Shown here: positions 60,300 through 64,000 of the stretch, piece after piece
Layout of the letters: each line of letters begins with the position of its first letter
Numbering within the stretch: position 1 is the stretch's first letter
DNA from: Chiloscyllium plagiosum
Taxonomy: Eukaryota
Assembly (NCBI RefSeq): GCF_004010195.1
Contig: NC_057719.1
Location: 17,040,002-17,104,001, forward strand
Direction: 5' to 3'
DNA: 64,000 bases
Position numbers and translations under genes: made by a program
The notes under the pieces: generated by a model
Seen by the model: the letters and a program-made list of their open reading frames with translations, nothing else
Databases searched by the model: none
What the model was told of the DNA's origin: nothing

Positions 60300-63035
60300 T
60301 GATCATAGAGATGTACAGCACAGAAACCAACCTTTCGGTCCAACCCCCCATGCCAACCAGATATCCCAACCTAATCCAGTTCCACTTGCCAGCACCCGGC
60401 CCATATCCTTCCAAAGCCTTCCTATTTATATACCCATCCAGATGCCTTTTAAATGTTGCAATTGTACCAGCCTCCACCGCTTTCTCTGGCAGTTCATTAC
60501 ATACACGCACCACCCTTTGCATGAAAACGTAGCCCCTTAGGTCCCTTTTATATCTTTCCTCTCTCACCCGAAACCTATATCCTCTAGTTCTGGACTCCCT
60601 CACTCCAGGGAAAAGACCTTGTCTACTTACCCTATCCATGCCCCTCATGATTTTAAAGTCACCCGTCAGCCTCCGACGCTCCAGGGAAAATATCCCCAAC
60701 CAATTCAACCTCTCCCTGTAGCTCAAATACTCCAACCCTGATAAGATCCTTATAAATCTTTTCTGAATCCTTTCAAGTTTCATACCATCCTTCTGATAGG
60801 AAGGAGACCAGAATTGCATGCAATATGACAAAAGTGGCCTAAGCAACATCCTGTACAGCCATAACATGACCTCCCAACTCCTGTACTCAATGCTTTGACC
60901 AATAAAGGAAAACATACCAAATGCCTTCTTCACTATCCTATCTACCTACAACTCTACTTTCAAGGAGCTATGAACCTGCACTCCAAGGTCTCTTTGTTCA
61001 GCAACACTCCCTAGGACCTTACCATAAAGCGTATAAATCTTCCTAAGATTTACTTTCCCAAAATGCAGCACCTCGCATTTATAAGAATTAAACTCCATCT
61101 GCCACTCCTCAGCCCATTGGCCCACCTGGTCCAGATCCTGTTGTAATCTGAGGTAACCTTTTTCACTGTCCACTGTAGTTCCAATTTTGGTGTCACCTGC
61201 AAACTTACTAACTACACCTCCTATGTTCTCATCTAAATCATTAACATAAATGACGAAAAGTAGTGAACCCAGCACTGATCCTTGTGGCACTGCACTGGTC
61301 ACAGGCCCCCAGTCTGAAAAAAACCCTCCACTACCACCCTTTGTTTTCTACCTTCAAGCCAGTTCTGTATCCAAATGGCTAGTTCTCCCTGTATTTCCCC
61401 TTGCTAACAAGTGTCGCATGGGGAATCTTGTCGAACTCCTTACTGAAGTCCATATAGATCACGTCCATCACTCTGCCCTCATCAATTCTCTTTATCACTT
61501 CTTCAAAAAACTCAATCAAGTTTGTGAAACATGATTTCCCATGCACAAAGCCATGTTGACTAGCCCAAATCAGTGCTTGCCTTTCCAAATATATGTACAT
61601 TCTGCCCCTCAGGATTCCCTCCAACAATGTGCCCACCACTGATGTCGACCTTACTTAAATAGTGGCACCACATTAGCCAATCTCCAATCTTCCACCTGTG
61701 AATATCGATGATGCAAATATCTCAGCAAGCGGCCAAGCAATCACTTCCCTAGCTTCCCACAGAGTTCTGGGGTACATCTGATCAGGTCCTGGGGATTTAT
61801 CCACTGTTGCACATTTCAAGACATTCATTACTTCATCCTCTGTAATATGGGCATTTTTCAAGATTTCACCATCTATTTCCCGACATTTTATATCTTCCGT
61901 GTCCTTTTCCACAGTAAACACTGATGCAAGATACTCGTTTACGATCTCTCCTATGTCCTGCGGCTCCACACAAAGGCAGCCTTGCTGATCTTTGAGGGGC
62001 CCTATTGTCTCCCTCATTACCCTTCTGTCCTTAATGTATTTGTAAAAACCCTTTAGATTCTCCTTCACCCTATTTGCCAAAGCTATCTCATGTCCCCTTT
62101 TTGCCCTCCTGATTTCTCTCTTAAGTATACTCCTACTTTATACTCTTCTAAGGATTCACTCGATCTATCCTGTCTGTACCTAACATATGCTTCCTTCTTT
62201 TTCTTCACCAAACCCTCAATTTCTCTGGTCATCCAGCATTCCCTATACCTACCAACCTTTCCTTTCACCCTCACAAATATACCATCTCTGGACACTTGTT
62301 ATCTCATTTCTGAAGGCTTCCACTTTTCCATCCATCCCTTTATCTGCAAATATCTGCTCTCAATCAGTTTTTGAAAGTTCTTGCCTAATACCATCAAATT
62401 AGCCTTTCTCCAAATTAGAACTTCAATTTTTAGATCCATTCTATCCTTTTCCATCACTATTTTAAAACTAATAGAATTATAGTCGCTGGCCCCAAAGTGC
62501 TCCCCCACTGACACCTCAGTCACCTTTCCTGCCTTATTTCCCAAGAGTAGGTCAGGTTTTGTACCTTCTCTTGTAGGTACATCCACATATTGCATCAGAA
62601 AACTGTCTTGTACACACTTAACAAATTCCTATCCATCTAAATCCTGAACACTATGGCAGTTCCAGTCTATGTTTGGAAAGTTAAAATCCTCAAGCATAAC
62701 CACCCTCTTATTCTTACAGATAACTGAAATCTCATTACAAATTTGTTTCTCAATTTCCCACTGACTATTAGGGAGGGTCTATAATAGATCATCCCTTTCT
62801 CATTTCTCAGTTCCACCCAAATAACTTCCCTTGATGGATTTCCGGGAATATCCTCCCCAAGTACAGCTGTAACATTATCCCTTACCAAAAATGCCACTCC
62901 ACCTCCTCTCTTGCCTCCCTTTCTATCCTTCCTGTAGCATTTGTATCCTGGAACATTAAGCTGCCAGTCCTGTCCATCCCTGAGCCACGTTTCTATAATT
63001 GCTATGATATTCCAATCCTATGTTCCTATCCATGC
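60300..63035 (-). mobile_element. CR1/HER1-type LINE, longest copy (part of APE endonuclease through RT and 3' tail), decayed
   Basis: ORFs read VIWVELRNEKG..YYRP, QYVDVPTREG..DLLLGN..HFGASDYNSI, KSCFTNLIEFFEE..DVIYMDFSK and VPQGSVLG..FAGDTK, plus the C-terminal CR1 motifs. Confidence 0.95.
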
Positions 63036-63454
63036 CAGCTACTAGAAGAGGTACTTTGTTTGCTGTAAAGTGTTTTGTGACATTCAGAGGCTGCAAAAGA
63101 GTTTATAGAAGTGCCGATACTTTATTTTTATTCAAGGCTGAGCGATCACTTACTGCAGCGGCTTTGGTCAATGCTTCACAAAAGAAAAAAACCTGAAACA
63201 ATCAGGCAGGTTTTTGACTGGTATGTTCAGCTTTTAGTGGACCTGTCACTGCACTGATTAATGGGCCAGTGAAAGGCGAAATTCAATTTGGTCACCCAAA
63301 GGTTCACCCTACACATCTGCTGCTGGCTCTTTTCAAAAATATTACCCTATGGTAACTGCATTTGTAAGGCGAAGTAATTGGCCTTTGAGCTATGAACTAA
63401 CATAACCTGTGCATCCGCATCCAGAATGTTGAAGAGGAGTGCATTGTTTTGAAA

Positions 63455-63810
63455 GCTAAAAATCACACAACACCAGGTTATAGTCCAACAGGTTTATTCG
63501 GAAGCACGAGCTTTCAGAGTGCTGCTCCTTCATCAGGTGCTTGTGGAGTATAACACAGAACCTTGAGCAAAAGATTGCAGTGTGATGTCACTGAAATGAA
63601 GTATTGAAAAAAAATGGATTGATTGTTAAGTCTTTCATCTTTTTGACCATTTTAGTCTTGGTTCCTTCATATGTAAAATCAACAACTTTTTAAAAGTTAC
63701 ATTTTCAAGTTAGCTTTAACAATCGGTGCTATTTCAGCTCAGATTGAAGGTGTGAGGTTTAAGTCCAACATTATCTACCCCAGTCTAACACCAGAACCTC
63801 AAAATCATTG
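63455..63810 (-). mobile_element. Family B element with hammerhead motif
   Basis: Homologous to 19235-19504; the reverse complement of 63505-63539 reads CAC-CTGATGA-A-GGAGCAGCACTCT-GAA-AGCT-C-GTG. Confidence 0.8.
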
Positions 63811-64000
63811 ATTAGAAAGAAGAGGTTTGTGGGCTGACACTGGTAATGCTGCAGTTAGGATACACAGTGCAGGACTCTGAGTTGACACTATATCTTGGGC
63901 TAAATCCTATGAGTTTTTGCTTGAGTGAAAGTCATGGTGAGTTTTGAGATACTCACCACAAGGTCTGGTGAGCTGGCTTGTCGAATCTTAGTAAATTTGC

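Noticed and set aside
60286..62897. Intact, active LINE ORF2
   Set aside because: It is split by multiple frameshifts and stops, and the catalytic motif reads FAGD instead of FADD.

Overview
Repeat-dense, non-coding vertebrate DNA, most likely intronic or intergenic sequence from a shark (inferred from HE1/V-SINE copies, HER1-type CR1 LINEs and Deu-domain SINEs). I found no supportable host protein-coding exon; the recognisable ORFs in the track are decayed retroelement fragments or their antisense frames. The window holds many 5'-truncated CR1 LINEs, L2 and Rex1/Babar relics, SINEs, a Tigger-like MITE and several Penelope-like element (PLE) ORF fragments. The main signal is more than 25 short (50-350 bp) PLE-terminal-repeat-derived insertions from at least four sequence families. 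Many are fold-back palindromes with 9-19 bp (once 74 bp) target-site duplications. They carry a minimal type-I hammerhead ribozyme motif (CUGANGA-A-stem II-GAA-palindromic tetramer-H) with covariation visible between copies. One young copy has clustered A>G changes in the ribozyme core. All family assignments come from motif recognition, not database searches.
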